DNA of 32,000 nucleotides from Pseudomonas aeruginosa. GTDB lineage: Bacteria; Pseudomonadota; Gammaproteobacteria; Pseudomonadales; Pseudomonadaceae. The DNA lies in contig NZ_LN831024.1 of the NCBI RefSeq assembly GCF_001457615.1, positions 540,001-572,000 on the forward strand, in the 5' to 3' direction. The notes below the pieces were generated by a model. That model was not told the DNA's origin. It was given only the letters and a program-made list of their open reading frames with translations, and did not search any database. This document shows positions 8,858 through 18,505 of the stretch, one piece after another (positions within the stretch are counted from its first letter, which is position 1; the number at the start of each line of letters is the position of its first letter). A program made the translations under genes and the position numbers.

Positions 8858-8886
8858 GATATTTCCTATTTCTTGTAGGAAATATC
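8858..8886. promoter_or_regulatory. 11-bp perfect inverted repeat in AT-rich intergenic region (candidate operator)
   Basis: gatatttccta (8858..8868) / taggaaatatc (8876..8886) with a 7-nt spacer tttcttg. Located upstream of the chaperone operon on the minus strand. Confidence 0.3.
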
Positions 8887-9001
8887 CTAAGCATTACTTG
8901 TAGTTTTCCGAGGTAGTTGCGCCGTTTCTTCCAGGGAGCCGAATGCCACATAGAGGACGAGGCCGATTGGAGCAGTCGATGACTACTGGCTTCTACATGA
9001 G

Positions 9002-9018
9002 TGATCAAATATTGATCA
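9002..9018. promoter_or_regulatory. 17-bp palindrome TGATCAA-ATA-TTGATCA (unassigned binding site)
   Basis: Perfect 7-bp arms (9002..9008 / 9012..9018). Sits 27 bp upstream of the putative bioB -35 element. Confidence 0.3.
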
Positions 9019-9019
9019 G

Positions 9020-9051
9020 ATGTAGTCCTGTGTCCTGGGTTGGGTTGACAG
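9020..9051 (+). promoter_or_regulatory. candidate BirA operator (bioO-like)
   Basis: aTGTAgtCC (9020..9028)-N14-GGTTgACAg (9043..9051). As I recall, the enterobacterial bioO is TTGTAAACC-N14/15-GGTTTACAA. The right half overlaps the -35 element. Confidence 0.35.
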
Positions 9052-9072
9052 CGTCATACAGCCACTTATGAT
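9045..9072 (+). promoter_or_regulatory. sigma-70 promoter of the bio operon
   Basis: TTGACA (9045..9050), 16-nt spacer, TATGAT (9067..9072). About 77 nt upstream of the bioB ATG. Confidence 0.5.
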
Positions 9073-9148
9073 GCCCTTGAGCCTGACCCCCGGCGTGCCG
9101 GGGCTCCCCGACAAAAGGCGCCATACAAGCGTCGAAGGAATCTTCCCC

Positions 9149-10207
9149 ATGAGTGCAACCGCTTCCGTCGCCACCCGTCACGACTGGTCCCTCGCCGAAG
9201 TCCGTGCCCTGTTCGAGCAACCGTTCAACGACCTGCTGTTCCAGGCGCAGACGGTGCATCGCGCGCACTTCGACCCGAACCGCGTGCAGGTCTCGACGCT
9301 GCTGTCGATCAAGACCGGCGCCTGCCCCGAGGACTGCAAGTACTGCCCGCAGTCCGGCCACTACAACACCGGCCTGGACAAGGAGAAGCTGTTGGAGGTG
9401 CAGAAGGTCCTCGAGGCGGCGGCCGAGGCCAAGGCCATCGGTTCGACCCGCTTCTGCATGGGCGCTGCCTGGAAGCACCCGTCGGCCAAGGACATGCCCT
9501 ACGTCCTGGAGATGGTCAAGGGCGTGAAGAAGCTCGGCCTGGAGACCTGCATGACCCTCGGCCGCCTGACCCAGGAACAGACCCAGGCGCTGGCGGACGC
9601 CGGCCTCGACTACTACAACCACAACCTGGATACCTCGCCGGAGTTCTACGGCAACATCATCACCACCCGCACCTACAGCGAGCGCCTGCAGACCCTGGCC
9701 TACGTGCGCGAGGCGGGGATGAAGATCTGCTCCGGCGGCATCCTCGGCATGGGCGAGTCGGTGGACGACCGCGCCGGCCTGCTGATCCAACTGGCGAACC
9801 TGCCGGAGCACCCGGAGTCGGTGCCGATCAACATGCTGGTGAAGGTCAAGGGCACGCCCCTGGCGGAAGAGAGGGACGTCGATCCCTTCGACTTCATCCG
9901 CACCCTGGCGGTGGCCCGGATCATGATGCCGAAGTCCCACGTGCGCCTGTCCGCCGGCCGCGAGCAGATGAACGAGCAGATGCAGGCGCTGGCCTTCATG
10001 GCCGGGGCCAACTCGATCTTCTACGGCGAAAAGCTGCTGACCACGAAGAACCCGCAGGCCGAAAAGGACATGCAGTTGTTCGCCCGTCTCGGCATCAAGC
10101 CGGAAGAGCGCGAAGAGCACGCCGACGAAGTGCACCAGGCCGCCATCGAGCAGGCGTTGGTGGAACAACGCGAATCGAAGCTGTTCTATAACGCCGCTTC
10201 CGCCTGA
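9149..10207 (+). CDS. bioB: biotin synthase
   Basis: 352 aa from ATG 9149, with GAAGGAA RBS at 9134..9140. Radical-SAM CxxxCxxC motif ([11 protein letters not shown]). The longer track start at 9068 was rejected. Confidence 0.97.
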   Translation: MSATASVATRHDWSLAEVRALFEQPFNDLLFQAQTVHRAHFDPNRVQVSTLLSIKTGACPEDCKYCPQSGHYNTGLDKEKLLEVQKVLEAAAEAKAIGSTRFCMGAAWKHPSAKDMPYVLEMVKGVKKLGLETCMTLGRLTQEQTQALADAGLDYYNHNLDTSPEFYGNIITTRTYSERLQTLAYVREAGMKICSGGILGMGESVDDRAGLLIQLANLPEHPESVPINMLVKVKGTPLAEERDVDPFDFIRTLAVARIMMPKSHVRLSAGREQMNEQMQALAFMAGANSIFYGEKLLTTKNPQAEKDMQLFARLGIKPEEREEHADEVHQAAIEQALVEQRESKLFYNAASA

Positions 10208-10312
10208 CCATACTGGAAGGGAGGGCGCCGCCGTCCCTTCGTTGCAGCCGCTGATGTCGGCCCTGCGTGGACGGGTGCGCCTGCGTCCGTCCAGCAACAC
10301 GAGCGACCTGCC

Positions 10313-11518
10313 ATGTCCTTCGATCTCGCTTCCCGCCTCGCCAGCCGGCGCGCGGAAGACCTCTACCGCCAGCGGCCGCTGCTGGAGTCGGCCCAGGGCC
10401 CGGACGTCGTGGTCGACGGCCAGCCGCTGCTGGCCTTCTGTTCCAACGACTACCTCGGCCTGGCCAACCATCCCGAGGTGATCGCCGCGCTGCGCGCCGG
10501 CGCCGAGCGCTGGGGCGTGGGCGGTGGCGCCTCGCACCTGGTGGTCGGCCACAGCGGCCCGCACCACGAACTGGAGCTGGCCCTCGCCGAATTCACCGGG
10601 CGGCCCCGTGCGCTGCTGTTCTCCACCGGCTACATGGCCAATCTCGGCGCGGTGACCGCGCTGGTCGGCAAGGGCGACACGGTGCTGGAGGACCGCCTCA
10701 ACCACGCTTCGCTGCTGGATGCCGGATTGCTCTCCGGCGCGCGTTTCTCGCGCTACCTGCACAACGACCCGGCAAGCCTCGCCGCGCGCCTGGACAAGGC
10801 CGAGGGCAATACCCTGGTGGTCACCGACGGGGTCTTCAGCATGGACGGCAATCTCGCCGACCTGCCGGCCCTGGCCGCCGTCGCGCAGGCCCGCGGCGCC
10901 TGGCTGATGGTCGACGACGCGCATGGCTTCGGCCCGCTGGGCGCCAGCGGCGGCGGGATCGTCGAACATTTCGGCCTCGGCCAGGAGCAGGTGCCGGTGC
11001 TGATCGGCACCCTCGGCAAGGGTTTCGGTACCGCCGGCGCCTTCGTAGCGGGCAGCGAGGAACTGATCGAGACCCTGATTCAGTACGCCCGGCCCTACAT
11101 CTACACCACCAGCCAGCCGCCAGCGGTGGCCTGCGCCACCCTGAAGAGCCTGGAGCTGCTGCGCCGCGAAAGCTGGCGGCGGCAACACCTGGCGGCGCTG
11201 ATCGCCCGTTTCCGCCATGGCGCCGAGGCGCTTGGCCTGACCCTGATGGACAGCTTCACGCCGATCCAGCCGATCCTGGTCGGCGGCAGCCGCCAGGCCG
11301 TGGCCCTGGCCGGCATGCTTCGAGCCCGTGGCATCATGGTCGGCGCGATCCGCCCGCCAACCGTGCCGGCCAACAGCGCGCGGCTGCGCGTCACGCTGTC
11401 CGCCGCGCACAGCGAAGCGCAGGTCGACCGCTTGCTCGAAGCCCTCGGCGAAAGCTGGCGACAGCTGTCGTCTAGCCTTCTGGCAGAGATCGAAGCCGAG
11501 GAGGGAGACGATGCGTGA
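10313..11518 (+). CDS. bioF: 8-amino-7-oxononanoate synthase
   Basis: 401 aa class-II aminotransferase. PLP-lysine context GTLGKGFG. Lies between bioB and bioH. Confidence 0.95.
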   Translation: MSFDLASRLASRRAEDLYRQRPLLESAQGPDVVVDGQPLLAFCSNDYLGLANHPEVIAALRAGAERWGVGGGASHLVVGHSGPHHELELALAEFTGRPRALLFSTGYMANLGAVTALVGKGDTVLEDRLNHASLLDAGLLSGARFSRYLHNDPASLAARLDKAEGNTLVVTDGVFSMDGNLADLPALAAVAQARGAWLMVDDAHGFGPLGASGGGIVEHFGLGQEQVPVLIGTLGKGFGTAGAFVAGSEELIETLIQYARPYIYTTSQPPAVACATLKSLELLRRESWRRQHLAALIARFRHGAEALGLTLMDSFTPIQPILVGGSRQAVALAGMLRARGIMVGAIRPPTVPANSARLRVTLSAAHSEAQVDRLLEALGESWRQLSSSLLAEIEAEEGDDA

Positions 11519-12233
11519 CCACCTGATCCTGTTGCCGGGCTGGGGCCTGGGCAGCGCACCGCTGGAACCGCTGCGCGACGCGCTGCACGAGCGCGAGCCG
11601 CACCTGAACGTGTTGATCGAGCCGCTGCCGTCGCTGGACGACGCCGCCGACTGGCTCGACGAACTCGACGATAACCTGCCGCGCGATAGCTGGCTGGCCG
11701 GCTGGTCGCTGGGAGGCATGCTCGCCGGCGAACTGGCGGCGCGCCGCGGCGACGATTGCCGGGGACTGCTGACCCTGGCCAGCAATCCGTGCTTCCGCGT
11801 GCGCGAGGACTGGCCGAACGCGATGCCGGCGGAAACCTTCGAGGACTTCTTCGAGGCTTTCCTGCTCGAACCGCACCTGACCCGCAAGCGTTTCACCCTG
11901 CTGGTCAGCCAGGGTGCGCGCGACCCTCGGACCCTGGCGCGGCAACTGCAGGTGGCGCTGCCGCAGCTGGAGCGCGAGGCGCTGGTCGCCGGCCTGCAGT
12001 TGCTCGGCCAACTGGATACCCGGGCCGCCCTGGAAAACTTCCGCGGGCCGCAATTGCACCTGTTCGCCGAAGCCGATGCGCTGGTGCCGCTGGCCGCCGC
12101 CGAGACCCTGCTCGAGTGGCTGCCGGACGTCGAGGTCTCGACCCTGGCGGCCAGTCACGGCCTGCCGCTGGAATGCCCGGACGAGGTGGCCGGCGCAATC
12201 CTGAGATTCCTTCGCGAGGGTGACGATGCCTGA
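11511..12233 (+). CDS. bioH: pimeloyl-ACP methyl ester esterase (alpha/beta hydrolase)
   Basis: Track ORF trimmed to ATG 11511 ([12 protein letters not shown]), which overlaps the bioF stop by 8 nt. Nucleophile elbow GWSLGG. Confidence 0.85.
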   Translation: MRDHLILLPGWGLGSAPLEPLRDALHEREPHLNVLIEPLPSLDDAADWLDELDDNLPRDSWLAGWSLGGMLAGELAARRGDDCRGLLTLASNPCFRVREDWPNAMPAETFEDFFEAFLLEPHLTRKRFTLLVSQGARDPRTLARQLQVALPQLEREALVAGLQLLGQLDTRAALENFRGPQLHLFAEADALVPLAAAETLLEWLPDVEVSTLAASHGLPLECPDEVAGAILRFLREGDDA

Positions 12234-13050
12234 CGATTCCTCGCCGCTGCTGGCGCCCCATGGCGTTGCCGCGCTGCCCGACAAGCGCCAGGTCGCCGCG
12301 TCGTTTTCCCGCGCGGCGGCCAGCTACGACGCGGTGGCCGAACTCCAGCGCGGCGTCGGCGAGAGCCTGCTGTCGGCATTGCCGGAAGGCTTCTCGCCGC
12401 GCCGCTGGGTCGATCTCGGCTGCGGCACCGGTTATTTCAGCCGGGCCCTGGAACGACGCTTCGGTGCGGCCGAGGGCCTGGCCGTGGATATCGCCGAAGG
12501 CATGCTGCGGCATGCCCGCGCGCGCGGCGGCGCCAGCCATTTCATCGGCGGCGACGCCGAGAGGCTGCCGTTGCGCGACGGCAGTTGCGACCTGCTGTTC
12601 TCCAGCCTGGCGATCCAGTGGTGCGCCGACCTCCCGGCGGTCCTGGCCGAGGCGCGGCGGGTCCTGCGGCCGGGCGGCGTGCTGGCGTTCAGCAGCCTGT
12701 GCGTCGGTACCCTGGGCGAGTTGCGCGACAGTTGGCGGGTGGTGGACGGCTTCGTCCACGTCAATCGCTTCCGCGCCTTCGCCGACTACCTGCAACACGC
12801 GGCCGGCAGCGGCCTGCTGCCGCTGACCCTGCGCCACGAGGACCGGCTCCTGCATTTCCCCGACCTGCGCAGCCTGACCCACGAACTCAAGGCGCTGGGC
12901 GCGCACAACCTCAACCCCGGGCGGCCCGACGGCCTGACCGGGCGCCAGCGCATCCGCGCGCTGGTCGCCGCCTACGAGCGTTTCCGCCAGCCCGAGGGGC
13001 TGCCCGCTACCTACCGCGTCGTCTTCGGCGTGCTGCGCAAGGATTCCTGA
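12226..13050 (+). CDS. bioC: malonyl-ACP O-methyltransferase
   Basis: SAM-methyltransferase motif I VDLGCGTG. Start at ATG 12226, with GTG 12220 as an alternative. Overlaps the bioH stop. Confidence 0.9.
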   Translation: MPDDSSPLLAPHGVAALPDKRQVAASFSRAAASYDAVAELQRGVGESLLSALPEGFSPRRWVDLGCGTGYFSRALERRFGAAEGLAVDIAEGMLRHARARGGASHFIGGDAERLPLRDGSCDLLFSSLAIQWCADLPAVLAEARRVLRPGGVLAFSSLCVGTLGELRDSWRVVDGFVHVNRFRAFADYLQHAAGSGLLPLTLRHEDRLLHFPDLRSLTHELKALGAHNLNPGRPDGLTGRQRIRALVAAYERFRQPEGLPATYRVVFGVLRKDS

Positions 13051-13053
13051 ACC

Positions 13054-13740
13054 ATGCCGGCGTTCTTCGTCACCGGTACCGACACCGAGATCGGCAAGAC
13101 CACCATCGCCGCCGGCCTGCTCCACGCGGCCCGGAGTGCCGGCCTGAGCACCGCCGCGGCGAAGCCGGTGGCCTCCGGCTGCGAGCCCACGGCGCAAGGC
13201 CTGCGCAATGGCGACGCGTTGGTGTTGCTCGGCCAGTGCTCGCTGGCGCTGGCCTACGAGCAGGTCAACCCGCTGGCCTTCGCACCGGCCATCGCCCCGC
13301 ACCTGGCGGCGCGCGAGGCTGGCGTCGAACTGAGCGCCGCACGCTTGCACGAGGCGGTGCGCGAGGTGCTGGCGCTACAGGCCGACTTCACCCTGGTGGA
13401 GGGCGCCGGCGGATGGCGCGTGCCGTTGCTGGGCCGCGAGAACCTGTCCGACCTGGCGCGCCTGCTGGCGCTGCCGGTGGTGCTGGTGGTCGGCGTGCGC
13501 CTGGGCTGTATCAACCATGCGCTGCTCAGCGCCGAGGCGATCCTGGGCGACGGCCTGGCGCTGGCCGGCTGGGTGGCCAACGTCGTCGACCCGGCTACCT
13601 CGCGCCTGGAAGAGAACCTAGCGACCCTCGCCGAACGCCTGCCGGCGCCCTGCCTGGGTCGGGTACCGCGCCTGGAGGAAGCCACTCCCGCGGCCGTGGC
13701 CGCACACCTCGACCTGCGGCCCCTGGGTATCGGGCTATAA
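13054..13740 (+). CDS. bioD: dethiobiotin synthetase
   Basis: 228 aa. N-terminal P-loop FVTGTDTEIGKT. Begins 3 nt after the bioC stop. Confidence 0.95.
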   Translation: MPAFFVTGTDTEIGKTTIAAGLLHAARSAGLSTAAAKPVASGCEPTAQGLRNGDALVLLGQCSLALAYEQVNPLAFAPAIAPHLAAREAGVELSAARLHEAVREVLALQADFTLVEGAGGWRVPLLGRENLSDLARLLALPVVLVVGVRLGCINHALLSAEAILGDGLALAGWVANVVDPATSRLEENLATLAERLPAPCLGRVPRLEEATPAAVAAHLDLRPLGIGL

Positions 13741-13848
13741 ACAGCGGGCCGTCCATAACCAACGGGCGGTACCCAGCGCCGGCCAAGTCTGCTTGAATAG
13801 AAGCCACTTGCTATCGCAGTGGCGCGTGCGCGTCCCCAGGAGTAGAGG

Positions 13849-14079
13849 GTGGAAATTTCCGGCAACGCTTTCGTCAGTGGCCTCAACGCGGTGCAGTCGG
13901 GCAGCGCCCGCGTCGCCCAGGCCGGCAGCGAGATCGCCCGCAATACCGTGGAGGCCCGTTCGGCCCAGGCCGAGCAGATGGTCGAACTGACCCGCGGCAA
14001 GCTCGAGGCGCAGAGCGGCGCCCGGGTCATCGAGGTAGCCGACGAGACCCTCGGTACCCTGATCGATACCCACGCCTGA
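13849..14079 (+). CDS. small hypothetical protein (76 aa)
   Basis: GTG start preceded by AGGAG (13838..13842). GC3-rich codons consistent with real coding. Ala/Gln/Glu-rich and probably helical. No family recognised. Confidence 0.55.
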   Translation: MEISGNAFVSGLNAVQSGSARVAQAGSEIARNTVEARSAQAEQMVELTRGKLEAQSGARVIEVADETLGTLIDTHA

Positions 14080-14085
14080 CTTCCT

Positions 14086-14105
14086 GGCGGCCGGCAGCGG
14101 CCGCC
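14086..14105 (+). terminator. GC hairpin after the small ORF
   Basis: ggcggccg (14086..14093), loop gcag, cggccgcc (14098..14105), followed by ccgatccttccttttcc. The T-tract is weak. Confidence 0.35.
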
Positions 14106-14252
14106 CCGATCCTTCCTTTTCCGACTGTCACCCGGCGGCCCCTGAAGCCTGCCGGGCGCTTCGCCATGGGCTTTACTGAGAGAGACGAAAGTGCTTTGGA
14201 AGGACGTGGCTGCCAGTGATTTCGGGCATGACCGAGCGGTCGGTTCGGATGC

Positions 14253-14281
14253 TTGACAAGGGATTGGCGTAAACGTATGTT
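14253..14281 (+). promoter_or_regulatory. sigma-70 promoter of first acyl-CoA dehydrogenase
   Basis: TTGACA (14253..14258), 17-nt spacer, TATGTT (14276..14281). Confidence 0.45.
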
Positions 14282-14296
14282 TCAAACGCCTGTTTG
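14270..14296 (+). promoter_or_regulatory. two adjacent PsrA-type operators
   Basis: tAAAC-gtat-GTTTc (14270..14283) and CAAAC-gcct-GTTTG (14283..14296). The PsrA consensus, as I recall, is G/C-AAAC-N2-4-GTTT-G/C. The sites overlap the -10 element and the predicted transcription start. Confidence 0.5.
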
Positions 14297-14418
14297 AGAG
14301 TCGGGACGCATGAGTGCGTCCGGCAAGGCGACCGGGAGCGATCCCGCACTGCGACCGCAGACTCTGGACATCCGTCCGGTCGCCGATTAACCAGAACCCT
14401 TCGTAGAGGTTGACTGCT

Positions 14419-16224
14419 ATGCCTGATTACAAGGCCCCCTTGCGTGATATCCGTTTCGTTCGCGACGAGCTGCTGGGCTACGAAGCGCACTACCAGAGCC
14501 TGCCGGGCGCCGAAGACGCGACTCCCGACATGGTCAACGCCATCCTCGAGGAAGGTGCGAAGTTCTGCGAACAGGTGATCGCTCCGCTGAACCGCGTCGG
14601 CGACCTGGAAGGCTGCACCTGGAGCGCCGACGGCGTGAAGACCCCGACCGGCTTCAAGGAGGCCTACCAGCAGTTCGTCGAAGGCGGCTGGCCGAGCCTG
14701 GCCCATGACGTCGAGCACGGCGGCCAGGGTCTGCCGGAATCCCTCGGCCTGGCCATCAGCGAGATGGTCGGCCAGGCCAACTGGTCCTGGGGCATGTACC
14801 CGGGCCTGTCCCACGGCGCCATGAACACCCTGCATGCCCACGGCACCGCCGAGCAGCAGGCAACCTACCTGACCAAGCTGGTCTCCGGCGAGTGGACCGG
14901 CACCATGTGCCTGACCGAGCCGCACTGCGGCACCGACCTGGGCATGCTGCGCACCAAGGCCGAGCCGCAGGCCGACGGTAGCTACAAGGTCACCGGCACC
15001 AAGATCTTCATCTCCGCCGGCGAGCACGACATGGCCGACAACATCGTCCATATCGTCCTGGCCCGCCTGCCCGACGCCCCGCAGGGCACCAAGGGCATCT
15101 CGCTGTTCATCGTGCCGAAGTTCCTGCCCAACGCCGAAGGCAACGCCGGCGAGCGCAACGCGGTTTCCTGCGGTTCCATCGAGCACAAGATGGGCATCCA
15201 CGGCAACGCCACCTGCGTGATGAACTTCGACGCCGCCACCGGCTTCCTGATCGGCCCGCCGAACAAGGGCCTGAACTGCATGTTCACCTTCATGAACACC
15301 GCTCGCCTGGGTACCGCGCTGCAAGGCCTGGCCCATGCCGAAGTCGGTTTCCAGGGCGGCATCGCCTATGCTCGCGAGCGTCTGCAGATGCGCTCGCTGA
15401 CCGGTCCGAAGGCGCCCGAGAAGCCCGCCGACCCGATCATCGTGCATCCTGACGTGCGCCGCATGCTGCTGACCATGAAGGCCTTCGCCGAAGGCAACCG
15501 CGCGATGCTGTACTTCGCCGCCAAGCAGGTCGACATCGTCCAGCGCAGCCAGGACGAAGAGCAGAAGAAAGCCGCCGACTCGATGCTGGCCTTCCTCACG
15601 CCGATCGCCAAGGCGTTCATGACCGAAGTCGGCTTCGAGTCCGCCAACCACGGCGTGCAGATCTTCGGCGGCCACGGTTTCATCGCCGAGCACGGCATGG
15701 AGCAGAACGTCCGCGACAGCCGCATCTCGATGCTGTACGAAGGCACTACCGGCGTTCAGGCCCTCGACCTGCTGGGTCGCAAGGTGCTGATGACCCAGGG
15801 CGAGGCGCTGAAGGGCTTCACCAAGATCGTGCACAAGTTCTGCCAGGCCAACGAAGCCAACGAAGCCGTCAAGGAATTCGTCGCTCCGCTGGCACAGCTG
15901 AACAAGGAGTGGGGCGACCTGACCATGAAGGTCGGCATGGCCGCCATGAAGGATCGCGAGGAAGTCGGCGCCGCTTCGGTGGACTACCTGATGTACTCCG
16001 GCTACGCCTGCCTGGCCTACTTCTGGGCCGACATGGCGCGCCTGGCCGCCGAGAAGCTGGCCGCCGGCACCGGCGAGGAAGCCTTCTACAAGGCCAAGCT
16101 GCAGACCGCGCGCTTCTACTTCCAGCGCATCCTGCCGCGTACCCGCGCCCACGTCGCCGCCATGCTGTCCGGCGCCAACAACCTGATGGAGATGGCCGAG
16201 GAAGATTTCGCCCTCGGTTACTGA
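14419..16224 (+). CDS. fadE1: long-form acyl-CoA dehydrogenase (601 aa)
   Basis: Start set to ATG 14419 ([10 protein letters not shown]) by analogy with the two paralogs; track TTG 14410 rejected. Motifs [12 protein letters not shown] and [12 protein letters not shown] (catalytic Glu). The symbol comes from remembering PA0506 at this position. Confidence 0.9.
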   Translation: MPDYKAPLRDIRFVRDELLGYEAHYQSLPGAEDATPDMVNAILEEGAKFCEQVIAPLNRVGDLEGCTWSADGVKTPTGFKEAYQQFVEGGWPSLAHDVEHGGQGLPESLGLAISEMVGQANWSWGMYPGLSHGAMNTLHAHGTAEQQATYLTKLVSGEWTGTMCLTEPHCGTDLGMLRTKAEPQADGSYKVTGTKIFISAGEHDMADNIVHIVLARLPDAPQGTKGISLFIVPKFLPNAEGNAGERNAVSCGSIEHKMGIHGNATCVMNFDAATGFLIGPPNKGLNCMFTFMNTARLGTALQGLAHAEVGFQGGIAYARERLQMRSLTGPKAPEKPADPIIVHPDVRRMLLTMKAFAEGNRAMLYFAAKQVDIVQRSQDEEQKKAADSMLAFLTPIAKAFMTEVGFESANHGVQIFGGHGFIAEHGMEQNVRDSRISMLYEGTTGVQALDLLGRKVLMTQGEALKGFTKIVHKFCQANEANEAVKEFVAPLAQLNKEWGDLTMKVGMAAMKDREEVGAASVDYLMYSGYACLAYFWADMARLAAEKLAAGTGEEAFYKAKLQTARFYFQRILPRTRAHVAAMLSGANNLMEMAEEDFALGY

Positions 16225-16228
16225 TGGC

Positions 16229-16288
16229 ACGGGCCGCTGGCGGCCCGTTCCCCAGGTGAGAAAGAGCCCGCCCTTCGGCGGGCTTTTT
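16229..16288 (+). terminator. tandem hairpins; the second is a canonical rho-independent terminator
   Basis: First hairpin: acgggccg-ctgg-cggcccgt (16229..16248). Second: gcccgcc-cttc-ggcgggc followed by ttttt (16266..16288). Confidence 0.75.
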
Positions 16289-16436
16289 CATGCCTGCGAT
16301 CCGCTGCATCCTGGCCTTCCGACCTCGGGGTTATGGCGTTGCATTCAGCGTCCGCAGCGTGATTGTAGGCGCCCGCCCGGCGCAGTAGCTTCGAGGGATT
16401 CGCGCCTGTGGGGCGCCCCTGCCGAGGAGAACAGAG

Positions 16437-18233
<1,797 letters not shown>

Positions 18234-18320
18234 CGGCTGCCGGGGCAGGGGCGCGGCGCTTCTTCCCCCGGTTTCTCCCGCACCCGCCGGGCCCGTCGGA
18301 CTCCCGGCGAACTCGCTCCA

Positions 18321-18343
18321 GCCCGCGAAAAGCGGGCTTTCTC
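18321..18343 (+). terminator. rho-independent terminator
   Basis: gcccgc-gaaaa-gcgggc followed by tttctc. The same GGGCTTT(T/C)TCATGCCTG flank occurs after the first paralog. Confidence 0.6.
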
Positions 18344-18505
18344 ATGCCTGTCGCATAGAAGACCGATATAGACTTTACGGTCACGACGTGACGCTACAAG
18401 TCCGAAATGTTGGTGGTGTAGACTCGGCCGCGGCACGCCTTTCGTGCCTCCATTTTGTTGCCGCTGGCCCCCGGCCGGCGATCGGTACGATCGAGGATTC
18501 CCCAC

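Noticed and set aside
8754-9008. 84-aa minus-strand ORF in the AT-rich intergenic region. Its TGA overlaps (ATGA) the longest possible chaperone start at 8757.
   Set aside because: It is basic and low-complexity, and I recognise no motif or RBS. The 8757 chaperone start would bury the signal peptide 44 residues inside the protein. AT-rich DNA next to a GC-rich genome often yields such ORFs. It is worth only a Ribo-seq glance.
9002-9018. TGATCAA-ATA-TTGATCA considered as an ANR/FNR box, because it contains TTGAT and ATCAA.
   Set aside because: The half-sites are in the wrong order (ATCAA..TTGAT rather than TTGAT-N4-ATCAA) and the spacing is wrong. I kept it only as an unassigned palindrome.
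5738-9148. Low-GC islet considered as a mobile element or integrative island.
   Set aside because: There is no integrase, transposase, tRNA/tmRNA attachment site, or flanking direct or inverted repeat that I could find. The left boundary is just a shared terminator hairpin. I kept it as a compositional anomaly only.
9005-11896. Very long antisense and alternate-frame ORFs: 963 aa opposite bioB/F/H, plus 14173..16230, 18230..20218, 356..1420, 2496..3905, 11905..13350, 16218..17066 and others.
   Set aside because: Their translations are low-complexity and rich in Arg, Ala, Gly and Pro. They lie exactly antisense or out of frame to genes with clear family motifs. Stop-codon depletion in ~66% GC DNA produces such ORFs by chance.
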